NCBI GenBank assembly: GCA_001724245.1
Contig: MEDX01000034.1
Span: 1-37,419 of the forward strand
Reading direction: 5' to 3'
Source: Fonticula-like sp. SCN 57-25
Taxonomy: Eukaryota
Length of the DNA: 37,419 nucleotides
The notes below the pieces were generated by a model that saw only the letters and a list, made by a program, of their open reading frames with translations, was not told the origin of the DNA and ran no database searches. How positions within the stretch are numbered: the first letter of the stretch is position 1; each line of letters starts with the position of its first letter. This document shows positions 1 to 11,622 of this stretch, one piece after another. The position numbers and the translations under genes were made by a program.

Positions 1-6
1 TTCCAG

Positions 7-1038
7 GCTTAAAAAAGGTGTGACTATATTGCGAGGCTCGTCGCCGAATTGTCCTCCCGCCTATGCAAATAGCATTCTCAAGCTTATCATATCATACCTG
101 AATGATAATGTATACCAGGTACGTTAAGCTTGCCGCGCACTTGCAGGCTGCACAGCACTATGGCCAAGTGAGTTGGATACGCAAGCGTGCGTGCAGCAGT
201 GCTGTATGGTGCCATCAGGGTAATGAACGATAGCAACCTCGTTTGAATCAACGACCTATTCCATATCATACACCACAATAGTTCACTTTCAAATACGCAG
301 TATCGTGGCTGCATTGCAGCGGGAGCGTGACGGCTTGCGCAGGTTGTCAAAATGTTCGGCTTTGTTTGCTGGATGCTCTGCATGAGTGCGTTTAAGATAA
401 TGTATTCACTGTTCAGGTTGTGTGTACTACTCTACGATATTGTGGACGATACAAATCAAGGCGCACATTGAGCTCAGTGTCATCATTCTCCTCCTGTGAC
501 GTCTAGCTGCGCAACTCGAGTCTGCGAACCTGGTAACAATTATAGCGTTATCGTATGGGGTCTGGCGAAGCGTCGTTCAAATCGGCAAGAAATGCGAGGA
601 AAAGAGTCGAGTATCTCTTTTACAAGCAGCTCCAACAATGCGCAGTCGACGAAGAGAACAGAACCGCGCTTTACCGCGAGTCCTATATCCTTCGCGTGAT
701 CAAGTGGTGCCTATTCAAGAATTTGGGACACCGCTCGATATTATATTGCACTTTCCTTTGTTCCATATCGTACTAGAAGGGCATAGACAAAAACTCGTTG
801 GGTACGTTGGCAAGCGCTGCACGTTTGCGCCCATTCGTCCCTTTCACGCTCGCGATGCCCATTCACTACTGACAGTAGGCGCTCTGCCTTCATCGCTCAG
901 CACGATGTGCTCACGCGCTGCGCCGTCGGCGAACAGAAGCAGGCGCCTTTCCATCCAACGGCGGACACCGTTTCACATTCACCGCCCGGTGCTCTCGGCT
1001 ATGTCAACGCCGTCGCCTCGTCAGGTGTCCTGAGATGA
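7..1038 (+). CDS. Possible 3' exons of an unidentified gene or a decayed gene
   Basis: Open segments are bounded by this genome's splice signals: 7-118 ends at GTACG; about 508-801 (AAQLESANL...QKLVG) ends at GTACG; after ACTGAC-AGTAG an exon reads RSAFIAQHDV...GVLR* to TGA at 1036-1038. No recognisable homology, and GC is lower than in neighbouring genes. Confidence 0.25.
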
Positions 1039-4000
1039 AAAGTGCCCATCGTCGCCGCCGAACGACACTCTTAACATCGTGCGCGATGGCTCTAAACGCG
1101 AACTGCAACGATTCGCCATGTCCCAGTGTCACAGGACGCGCATCGCAAGGTCCTCGTAGGTATCTGTGCCTTCAGAAAGACGCTCCGGTTTTCGTTGCAT
1201 TTCGACCGACAGTGCTGCTGCAAAGTAGCTGCCGAGGCAGACAAACGACCTGACTCCTAGGATTCGTTCGATATGACATGAGGTGTATTACATGATGTTT
1301 ACATATGTGTGTCTAGCAATCGCCAGCTGGAATGTCATACGAAGCCTATTAGTGATTGTCGTCATAGGGTAAACGCCAGTTGGCGCATGCTGTTGCTATT
1401 GACGTTCTGCGCAGGATTGTTCTCAGCAGGGGGGGGGCCCTCGATCGCAGCTCAGCGACAGTCGCCGAAATCCAAACAGACAACGAGAGGTTGGGAGTGT
1501 TTTCGGCAACGGAGGTATGCTGCTGGGTCAGCCTACGAAGGCTTGTCTGAAGCTTGCTCGTCCAGCTACATGTGACGATTGTACTTTGTCATTGACCGCA
1601 TGGACCAAACTGCTGGCCAAAGCTGCTACCTCCTTTGTTCTAGACGTCAAAAGTCACCTCAATATGAAGGCACTCCGAGATGAAGGCATCGCCCGACTCG
1701 TAGCTGCGTGTCACCGCCACCAGACAGTATTGATACAAGAAAGCAGGGGCTTACTTTGCAGTCGCACGAGACACGCTTGCGGTGGTCCATTCGACGACAT
1801 CCCAATGTTGTTGTTGAGATGAAGGAAGAGTTTAGAGACCAGTTGGAACGTGGGAGTGACGAGTTAAATGTGTGAGACGCGCAATGCATTGTCGACGGAA
1901 AGCATTAGAGTCTAGCTAGCGCTTAGAGGCTTACAGCGTTTCCCGAAGAAGTGACGATTATGCTGCACGGAGCGAGCGTTCAAATATAGGAGATTGGTCA
2001 TGACATGGCATCAAAAAGGCGATTGAAGAAATAGGAGGAGATCTTGGACTTTGAGTGGACTAAATTGCGGGAGAACGACGACGTGCTGTACAGGAAAACG
2101 CTGGGGGTGGTGCATCCGTCTGATGGATATCGGAATAAAAAGAAACATCCACGCGTAGATACAATACCCGTCTCCGAAGGACGACGTTCCACAATCAACC
2201 AACATCTTCTAGAATGATCTATTCTTGCACATTGAATAGCACTTTTACCACCCCGCGAAGCACACGAGCGTCATATTCATGCCTTCTTCAGAGGATAGGC
2301 TACCCGCCTAATCACCGGAAATGTGCATCAAAGGGTATAAATCATAGCTCATTATTCATTGACTTCGAGTGACTCTATTCTATCGTCGACTTTCATTCAG
2401 CGGCGCTCAGCGTTTGGTGGTCATGGGAACGAAAATCTCCTTCAGTTCCTTCCACAACAGTTACTACGAATCGCTCTGCGGTATGCCGGGAAAAATAGTG
2501 GAGACACAAATCTACGAGGCGCTATACAGTTAGGATATCAACGCACTGGAAATCAAATCCTAGACCCTCCTCCAATCACATGAAGATTCTATTCTCAAGT
2601 TTAAATCAGTCATAGCCATTGGTTGAATCTGATCGATCATGAAACACTCCTGGGTACTTCTAAAAAGCTAGCCTGAGAATGAAGTGTTCAACGCTGGAAA
2701 CGTTTGGTGTTATGGTGCCATATGCCCATCCCATAATAGTGCATTGCCACAAGTACGAAACTGCACAAAAAGCTCGGCATACTGTCACACATGCTCCCTG
2801 CGAAGTAGCGTAGCTGAAAAGTTCACCTGGAAGCAGCAGTGCCATATTTATATTGGAATGAGGTCTCCTCCGGGTGGGTAAGCGTGTATGCGAATTGACT
2901 TTCGCCAATTCACTCGCTTCCGTTTCCTTTTCCTCTGTTAAAGCATAGCAAACCCGCACCCTCTACGTGGATAGTGTGTAAGGGCAGCGCTTGCTGCTCC
3001 ACGCTCGCTAGACTTTTGTTGTGTCAGAAACCACCTCCTCCACCCCGGCCATCCGGCACCACACGCATCACCCCTTTGAGAAACTTCATTCGACTCACCT
3101 CGTCACGAGCTCTCGAACGCACTGCGAATCATCGTTCCACGACAAGTATCCGCGGAGATACGAGCACCCGCGACACACGGGCAACAGGAGTCGCCGTCCG
3201 ATCCCTTCACGGTCAACCATCGGCCCAGGCAACGGCCTCACGATCGCGTCGACACCGTCGCTGCCCCGGCACATGCGCACACACGTGCTAGGCAATTAGG
3301 ACGTTCACACTCAGGACCAATAACGCGCACTGTAGCTGACCGGCAGGACGCCTTCGCCAATAGGACAGCGTACACGCCTCGTAGCTTATTTCCGACTGGC
3401 TGGGCCTTTTGTATATATGCTGTGAATTGCCTCGTGGCACCTCGTTCTCCTGTGTTCTTTTCTTTGCGTTTCAATGCAAGCTCGGCACACAGTCACATCA
3501 TGATTATATGCACAATCTTGTCACGACAGATCTTCTATAGTCACGAATCGGGCGGCGGTCCCGTGCGTAAAATGGGGATACGTAGAAGTGGTAGCAAAAC
3601 TCATATGACATGGTAGTCGGGCCTCAAGAACGGACGTTTCACTTAAACAACAGCCCGAGGATAACTGTGGACCAGGTCTTAATGCATTATCCGCGAGCCA
3701 AAAACCTCCGACGGTTACTTTCTACAGTCTCACAGTATTCTTTCATACTCTCTTCACTTTCTCCACCAGCCCCTCACCTCACATTCCCGAACAGTGGAGG
3801 TACACAAACCGCACGATATTGCGAAATGCCCGTCATATTTATTCACTTTTACTCGTTCCTCAACCTGTTCTGTAAGGGCACGCGCGTGCGTATGCATGTG
3901 TGAGTGGTGCAGTGCGCGAGTGTTGCTCCTGATTCCATCTTATTGAACAAGAGACAGTCGGAGCAAATGAAAAGAGAAACCAAAAAGTCTACAGAAGAAA

Positions 4001-4041
4001 ATGCTACATGCCGCTGAGCTCCGCTCCTCTGCTCCCTCCCC

Positions 4042-5092
4042 TCAGGCGGTCGTCTGCCCGCGGGCGGCGCGAGTGAACACAATCATTGTTACCGGGACGA
4101 GCTTGTCGCCCTGCATCGCCTGCGACTTGTACGACGTGAAAAGCGTCCATCCGTGTTCTGCGAATGTTGTCATGACCGCGATGACGGTTACGAACTTGTC
4201 GCACGACCAGCCGCGCATGTCCTTGCGCTTCTGCTTGTTGGTTGCGCCCTCGCTGAGCTTGGCGAGAATGCTCGACTCGACGGAGCCGTTAATGCGCACG
4301 CCACTCGTCGCGAAGCACTCAACCGTCGCGTACAACACATTGCCCTCGAGAGACGGAGGGGCCTCTTCCTCATACACCTGCTTGAGGAACTCCATCCACT
4401 CCTCCATGTCCTCAGCAGAGTCGGCGCACATCTGAGAGAAACGGTCAGCAAGGCTTCCAAGCAAAGACTAATAGCAAAACGCAGCAGCCAAAAGCCGCAC
4501 TCTCCATATACACAGTAAAAAAAGGATAATAATCACCGCAGTCCGGCAAGAGTGCCCGAAGATCAAATTCAAACACGTGCACGAGGGGGCAAGAAACCCT
4601 CACTTGCACAAGCCACGACGGAAGCGGATGTACGCATAAAACAGATGATGCCCCCACAGCGCAACAAAACCCAGCCCAAACAGCGACATTTGGTCCGAAG
4701 CGTACCATCCAGTTGCGGTCTCGCGTCTCGATGGTAAAACAGTGTGCGAACTTTGGGTTCTTCCGGGACTCTGCCTCGTCAACAACCACGACGCGCATGT
4801 CCTCGGCAAAAATAGCGCCCGCATAGTCCTTTGTCTACACGCGCTCGGTCAGCCGGGTCGTACATAGGAAAGCAGAGCGCGGTTGAACGCACCAGCTCGC
4901 TCTCTTGCGACTTGTAGTAGAAGAGCGCGTTGTTGTCGAAGACACACCACCGGCGTTTCCATCCCTTGCTGCTGCCGCCTTGCTTCGACAGCCAGCCCTT
5001 CTTTACTCGTCCAACCTCCTATTCATCAAACGCACGCACAGAAGCAGTGTCAGCATGCATCTCACATCCACATTTCGCTGCCGCCGTACCAT
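4042..5092 (-). CDS. PH-domain protein with a small C-terminal alpha/beta domain (4 coding exons)
   Basis: Spliced translation M|EVGRVKKGWLSKQGGSSKGWKRRWCVFDNNALFYYKS...|TKDYAGAIFAEDMRV...FAHCFTIETRDRNWM|MCADSAEDMEEWMEFLKQ is a textbook PH domain (K-x-G-W-L-x-K...W-K-R-R-W; final helix Trp). Introns are GT-AG; the third is 4432-4705. Confidence 0.88.
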
Positions 5093-5188
5093 CTCTGTCG
5101 AAGCGTGAAGAGTCAAGAATCAAAACAGAGAAAATTCCAGGATTACCGTAATGATGACGGTACACGGTAAAGTTGACGGCTCCGCTGC

Positions 5189-5202
5189 TTTTGCCGCCAA
5201 AA
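5189..5202. promoter_or_regulatory. E2F-like site (TTTTGCCGCCAAAA) in the 163-bp bidirectional promoter of the PH gene and RTEL1
   Basis: Minus strand reads TTTTGGCGGC, similar to the E2F consensus, about 55 bp upstream of the RTEL1 ATG. Motif match only. Confidence 0.35.
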
Positions 5203-5255
5203 TCAAAAGCGGCCGTGTCACCGTCGCGGGCGGTGCAGTGTATGCGGGCGCGACC

Positions 5256-8200
5256 ATGCCGCGATACAAGCTGCGCGGCGTGAATGTGGACTTTCCATAC
5301 AAGGCGTACGAGTGCCAGCTTGTGTACATGGAGAAGGTGATCGCATCGCTTCAGCAGGCGGGGAATGCGCTGCTGGAGAGCCCGACCGGCACGGGTAAGA
5401 CACTTTGCCTGCTGTGCGCCGTTCTTGCGTGGCGCCGGCACTTCATCGCAGAACAGAAGGCGGCCAAGCGAATGGGAAATGACGGCAGCGAATTTGGTGG
5501 CGAGGTGCCGACTGTGTACTATTCGTCGCGGACGCACTCGCAGCTATCGCAGGCGGTCCGCGAGCTCAAGCGGACGACGTACAAGTGCGTGCCCTCCCCT
5601 GCTCTTCCCGAATGCGCGCAATTAGAACGCGAGCGCTAACGTTTTGGTGTTGCTAGGCCGCGAGTCACACTTCTTGCGTCGCGAGAGCACATGTGCATTC
5701 ACGAGCGCGTGTCAAAGATGGAGGGCGCACTGGTGCGCGACCACGCTTGCCGCCAACTGGTTGTGGTCAAGAAGCACGCGTGCGATTTCGAGCGAAATCT
5801 GGAGCGTGCGTAGGCATACTGCATTGAGCGTGCAAGGCTGCTGACAAGTGTGCTGATAGTGTTTGAGCGGAGTAACGCAAACTACGTAGAGGAGATTCAC
5901 GACATGGAGGACCTCGTTACGAACGGCAAGCTCCAAAAGTACGCAGGGGTGGCCACGTTTTGGTGACTGACGGCGCTTTTCTGCCAGGTTCTGTCCGTTT
6001 TATCTTTCGAGGCACACGCAGAACGACGCTGATGTGGTGTTTTTACCGTACAACTACCTTGTGGATCCGCAGATGCGCTCGGCGCAAAACATCAAGCTCG
6101 AGAACGCAATTATAATCTTTGACGAGGCGCACAATCTTGACAGCTTTCTCATGGATGCGGCCTCTTTTGAGCTCTCGAGCGTTGACCTCACGAGCGCAAT
6201 GTCCGAGATTGACCGTGCCATCACCATTATAGAAAAGCCAGAGTACAACGGTGAAATGTCCACCGAGGACATGCTCATTCTTAAAGGTGCGCCTACCCAG
6301 TCCTATTTTGCTGTTTTTTTTATTGCGTTGCCGGCCGTCGTCTGACAGCAACGTTGGTCGATTTTAGAGCTTATCTCGCGCTTTGAGGCGCTCTTGTATC
6401 AGCTGCCGCTCACCGATAACCAATTTGTTGAGCGCGGCCGGTACGCGTACCGGATTTTTGAGGAGGTCGGCGTCACAGCCGAGACGTACTCGCGTTTTGC
6501 GGCAGCGCTTGGGTCCGTCACGTCGCTCCTCCTTGAAGACTCGGAGCGGACTAACGTGCAACGGCGCCTCTCGGTAAAAACCGTCCAGTCTGCGCTCGAG
6601 CTTCTCTTTCGCGAGAACACGTCGCTGCGAATGAGCGAGATTGACTCCGCCTACCGCGTGCGTCTTAATGTTGCCTTTGTTTTCTTACTCGCTTGTCCCG
6701 CCATCCACCTGCATGTTTCAACGCTTCTCACGCGGTTGCTCTAGTTTGTCGTGACGAGCGAGGCCGTCAATCGGCACCAGACGCAGCTGAGCGGCTGGTC
6801 GGCTGCCGCACTCAACAGCCGCCGCGACACATGTGCGTCACCACCACCCTTTCCGCTCCTGTCACTTGCATATGTGCTTACGGGTGCTCCCATCAACAAA
6901 CAGCTCGCTCGTTCCATATGTGGTGCTTCAGCCCGGGTCTTGCAATGCAGGACTTTCGCCGCGAGCGCGTGCGCTCCATTATTCTGACAAGTGGCACGCT
7001 TTCGCCGCTACCTTCGCTCGCCGCTGAGCTTCAAACGTGCGTTGCGCTATCTTTTCCCCTCCCTCCCGCTGCGTTCTCACGACCGCCTTTCTGCACAGTG
7101 AGTTTGCCGTACGGCTAGAGAATCCGCACGTGATCGAGCCGCACCAAGTGTGGGTCGGCGTTGTGCCCGTTGGCCCGTCGCAGGTTACCCTGAACTCATC
7201 TTACCGAAACCGCACGACGGACGACTACGTCATGGAATTGGGCAACACTATAGGTACCCTCTTTGACTGGCGTCATTGTATTGTTGTGTACTGATCATTT
7301 CGTCTTCGTTTCCATCTTGTGCTCATCCCCTTCTTGACCATCCTCTTGCGTGTTGCCTGGGGTCCGTCGAAAAGCCAACTTTTGCCGTACGATTCCCGAG
7401 GGCCTCCTCGTATTTTTCCCGTCGTATTCTGTGATGGAGTCGTGCATATCGACGTGGCAGCGGCCAGCCTCGTCTGTCTCGGGAACTGCCAAGAGCATGT
7501 GGGAGCGGATGGAACAGTACAAGCGTCTTGTCGTAGAGGCCAAGGGCAAGCACGAGTTTAGCCAGGCGATCGGCGACTACGAGACGGCCATTCAGCAGAC
7601 GTCATCAGGAGCCGCGTTCTTCGCTGTCTGCCGCGGCAAGGTGCGTTGTGCTTTTCCCTGGCGTGCGCCGCTCACTCTGCGTATGTGTCCCCCCTTCCTG
7701 CAGGCGAGCGAAGGGCTGGACTTTGCGGACGCCAAGGGCCGCGCTGTCATCATCACGGGCCTCCCGTTTGCGCCGGTGCACGATCCCAAGGTGCGCCTCA
7801 AGCGGCAGTACATGGACGATTCATCGTCCGCTTCGGCATCGGCGTCGGCATCCGGGACGATCAATGGCTCCGAGTGGTACCGTCAGCAGGCGGGCCGCGC
7901 GGTTAATCAGGCCGTCGGCCGCGTCATTCGGCACCGCCACGACTATGGCGCCATCATCCTCTGCGATGAGCGCTTTGGGCACCCGAGCACAATTGCAATG
8001 CTATCCGTCTGGGTGCGCCCGCACGTCTTTGTGCACCAAAAGTTTGGTGAGGCGCAGGCATCTCTCGTTTCCTTTTTCAAGCGCGCCCAGAGCGACCCGC
8101 TTCTCGCGCCCGCCACAGCGCCCGCTGCAGTACGCTTGTGTGAGGGCGCTGTGCTATTGCTAACCTGCTTGCCCTTGGTAGCCGCCCGCTAGCCAAGGGG

Positions 8201-9472
8201 CCGACTTGGCGTCACTAGCCACCGCAGAAGACCGCGCGCGCGGTGGGGGAGCGCCGCCATCGATTGCGCGGCGCGACTCGTCCAACACCAGTGCGGGCGA
8301 CTCGTCGTTTGCGGTGAGCGTTGCCCCGACCTACCGTCGGCAACAGCAACGGCAAAGGGACGCGCCGTCACCCGCCGAGACCTTTTTTGCGTTACAGGAT
8401 AGTCTTCTCAAAGCGACGCAGGTGCAGCTTGCAGACATTGACGAGCCATCCCTCGCTCTGCCCACAACGAGCGCCAAGTCGCTCAGCAATTTGCGACAGG
8501 CTATCGCGGCGACAAAGGACGGCGTGGCGCCACCGGCTCCAGCGTCATCGTCATTGACTGCTGTTGCTGCTGCGGCCAAGCCGGCGGCGGCGCCGTCTAG
8601 CGCCCAGCGGGCGACCGCGCAGAGTTACTACAACTTTGTCAAGGAGAATGTCAAGGGCGATGCGTTTGCCGAGTTTAAGGCGGCGCTTGTTGCGTTCAAA
8701 AAAAAGCAAGTGTCGCTCACACATCTTGTCGGCACACTCAGGCGCATTTTTGGGCCTTCGCCGCACGTCCGCGCATTGCTTGGGGGGTTCCGCCAGCTCA
8801 TCCCAGAGCAACAGCACGCAAACTGTACGATACGCACCAAAGTTTTAGTGCAATATCTAACAACTTTTAGTTGACAAGGCTTGCGGGGCCGACGGCGACG
8901 CGCCGCCGCCGCAGGCACAGGCGCCACCCATCAAGCGCGAGGCGTCGTCGTCGGTGCCCGATACGGTACCAAAAAAGTCTCGGCTGCATCCGGACGACAT
9001 CCCGAGGCATACGGTCGTCAAGTCCGAGCGGCCGACAGCTCCTGCGGTCGAAGTTCGTGCAGCGGCGAGTAGCCCACTACCAGTTGCGGTGGACGTGCCG
9101 CACGTACCTCTCGATCCTGACGTTGCCGCGGGACCATTCCCTCCGCCACCACCACCACCAGCTGGAGAACCACCAGGAGCAAATGTCATTGGTGCACCTT
9201 TTGCTCTATCTATAGATTCGCCTGCTGCCCCCCCTAAACAGACACCCGCTGCGTCCGCTACAGCACAGGTCGCACAGTCCTCAGAGACATCATCGGTAAA
9301 GTCATCAGGCGTGTGCGTGGTGTGCCGCGAAAAGCTGTCGATCCCTTTTTCGGCGCCGTGCGGCCACGTTGGGTGCTATGCCTGCTGGCAGACGTGGCTC
9401 GCCGTCAAGCTCGAGTGTCCCAAATGTCGCAGCAAGACGCGCGCCAAGCAGCTTCAAAAGCTCTTCTTTTAA
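5256..9472 (+). CDS. RTEL1: Regulator of telomere elongation helicase 1 (XPD/Rad3-family Fe-S DNA helicase) with harmonin-N-like domain and C-terminal RING
   Basis: Motifs: [11 protein letters not shown] (Q motif), [15 protein letters not shown] (Walker A), [11 protein letters not shown], Fe-S cysteines (REHMC..C..C..CPFY), [49 protein letters not shown]. These are followed by an HHD-like helix bundle (AQSYYNFVK...GFRQLIPE) and RING CVVC...CGHVGCYAC...CPKC. Multi-exon. Confidence 0.9.
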
Positions 9473-9763
9473 CAATGTCAAACGATTTATATTTCTGTAT
9501 GTGAATTCGTTGTATGGATGTTCATACTGTATACCACGGGTGATTGATGGCTGTAATACTACTTGTATATAGCTTTATTTATAAACGGCGGCTTGACCTT
9601 TGCTGCACAGCTTTAATAGAGTCAAGCACATCACGGTGCAGTTTCAGTCACGGGGCCAAGTAACGAGAGCACAAACGTAGTAAAAGAAAGGAGAAAACAC
9701 GCGAAAAACTATAAAATCAACAGGCGGGGCGGCACGAGACCTCCCCATATTCCGCCCAATGCA

Positions 9764-11259
9764 TTACTTTGCCTTCTTGACGGAAGCCTTGTTGACGAGC
9801 GACATCTGGTTGACAGTCTCCTGGAGCTCCTCGAGGGCCTTGCGGCGGTCCTCAGCCTCCCGCTTGAGCTTGTCCTCCTCGGCCGTGAGCTAGGCACGCG
9901 TCGTTAGCACCCTGCGCGCGTCCAAAGAGAGGCGGCTACGTACGCGGGACTCCCAGGAGCGGAAGCGCTCCTCCTCCTCCTTTACCTTTTCATTGAACTT
10001 TGCGTCAATGAGGACCTTTTGCCGCTTCATGTGGGCCTCGAGGCTCTTTTGCAGCCTAGCAGAGTACGGCAGCAGCAGCAGCCCGCATGGTTAGCATCCA
10101 AAGAACGTGCTTTTGCTCAATGCAGATGCGCACTTTTCGGGGGTCATGTCGGCGGTGAGGCCGCCAGCGGCCAGCTTTTGGTCGCGGAAGTTCTCATAGT
10201 GCTCCTGCTCTGTCGTGTTGATGAGGTCGAGGAGGTGCGAGCGCAGCAGCAGCGAGCGCAGCTTCTTAAAGTCGCAGTGGTTGTCGTTCTCCACCTCGGC
10301 GACGCCCCACGCGTACTGGCGGCCGCGTACTGGCTTGCCATTCACCGTCACAATCTCCTCGCTGCCAATCACGGAGAACGGAATGGCGGCCTATTCTCAC
10401 AGCAAAGCAAAGGCACGTCAGCACAGCCACAAGCAACGTTGCAAAAATGCGCACAGCAATGTCCTTGTTGCGCGCCTGCGTCTCCTCGTCGTCGCTCTCG
10501 ACCGGAGGAGCGTACGTGCGGATCTCGTGGCGGTCCAGCTGATCGCGGATCTGCGATGGCGATAGCACAATTAGAGGCAGCGAACGCATGTCGAGCACCC
10601 AGAGCGCACCTTCTTCTTCATGATGATGATCTCCTCAGGCGTCAGCGTGTCGGCCTTGGCGATGACCGGGATCAGGTTGACCCGAGAACCGAGCTCCTTC
10701 ATGGCGCACACGTCAAGGTACTTGAGACTGACGCGCAAAGTCAGAATGGAATATCAATAAAGAAAGCCAGCTCGCATACCCGTGACCGGTCGGCTCAATA
10801 AAGTAGAGGCACGCGTGGACGCGGTTATCCTCCATATCGTTGCGCTCCGCGCGCATCTCGCTGTTCAGGTACGAGTCGTACTGCGCATCAAGGTACTCGA
10901 CAATCGGCACCCAGCTGTCGGCATTGTTGATAAAGTCGCCAAAGCCGGGCGTGTCAACAAGGTTCAGACGAAGGCGGAAGTTGCTCTCCTCAAGATCTAC
11001 TCACGGACGCAATAAGCATCTTGCCTAGGAAGCATTAGTATTACGCACCGGCCTCGGTGATCTTGATTTTGCGCTCAGCTGAAGTGATGTAACGCTCAGC
11101 ATAGTTGCGCGGCGGGCACAGCTGCGTCGTAAAGAGCGTGTTGACAAACGTCGTCTTGCCGAGGCCCGAGGGGCCGACAAGCATGAGCGTCAGGCGGCAT
11201 CCCTTGCGCGCAGCCCGGCGATGCTTCTGGTTAGGCAAGTTTGCGATTCCAACCGGCAT
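9764..11259 (-). CDS. Septin, Cdc12/group-4-like
   Basis: N-terminus [14 protein letters not shown] (Cdc12/AspC-type), G1 [16 protein letters not shown]3 VDTPGFGD, G4 AKAD, septin-unique element GRQYAWG...HCDF, and a C-terminal coiled coil ending ...VKKAK*. Confidence 0.93.
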
Positions 11260-11622
11260 TTTCAAAATGTTTCCTATTCAACGACCATAAAAGCAGAGTC
11301 AGCAGCCAGCAGAAGGCGCAAGCAACCAGGACGGACCTTGAGCGGCGTCGCTCCTGGCGCGTTGATTTGCTCGTCGGGAAGGAAAGGAATTTCTGAGGGA
11401 AAGGGACAACAAGCCACCAAAAAAAAAACGGCCAATCAAACCTTGTCTTCAATATGGGCCAATATGGTGTTTGTAGAGAAGTCTACTGCGAATGGACGGT
11501 TCATCCTGTAGACAACGAATCCAAAGGAATTTGGACGAGGAGGATCAGATAAGCTCACCACGGTGACGGAAGCGGGGTGTCCATTTTGTGTCACACCTCG
11601 GCTTACGCCGTGACGCGCGATC

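Noticed and set aside
1-4000. Identifiable transposon or retroelement
   Set aside because: No RT, integrase or transposase motifs, LTRs or terminal inverted repeats could be recognised by eye.
5151-5255. N-terminal extensions in the ORF track (RTEL1 from 5151; likewise SUN from 17043, PHD from 23224, PLC from 33125)
   Set aside because: The extensions run through promoter sequence or neighbouring genes. Homology, signal peptide or Kozak context indicate the downstream ATGs.
9446-9472. PIP box at the RTEL1 C-terminus (KQLQKLFF)
   Set aside because: Spacing does not fit Q-x-x-L-x-x-F-F. Better explained as the hydrophobic tail that follows many RING domains.
11380-11560. TPP riboswitch or U1 snRNA upstream of eIF2B-alpha
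   Set aside because: CTGAG and GATCAGATAA fragments are not in TPP-aptamer spacing, and the U1 5' end ACTTACCTG is absent.
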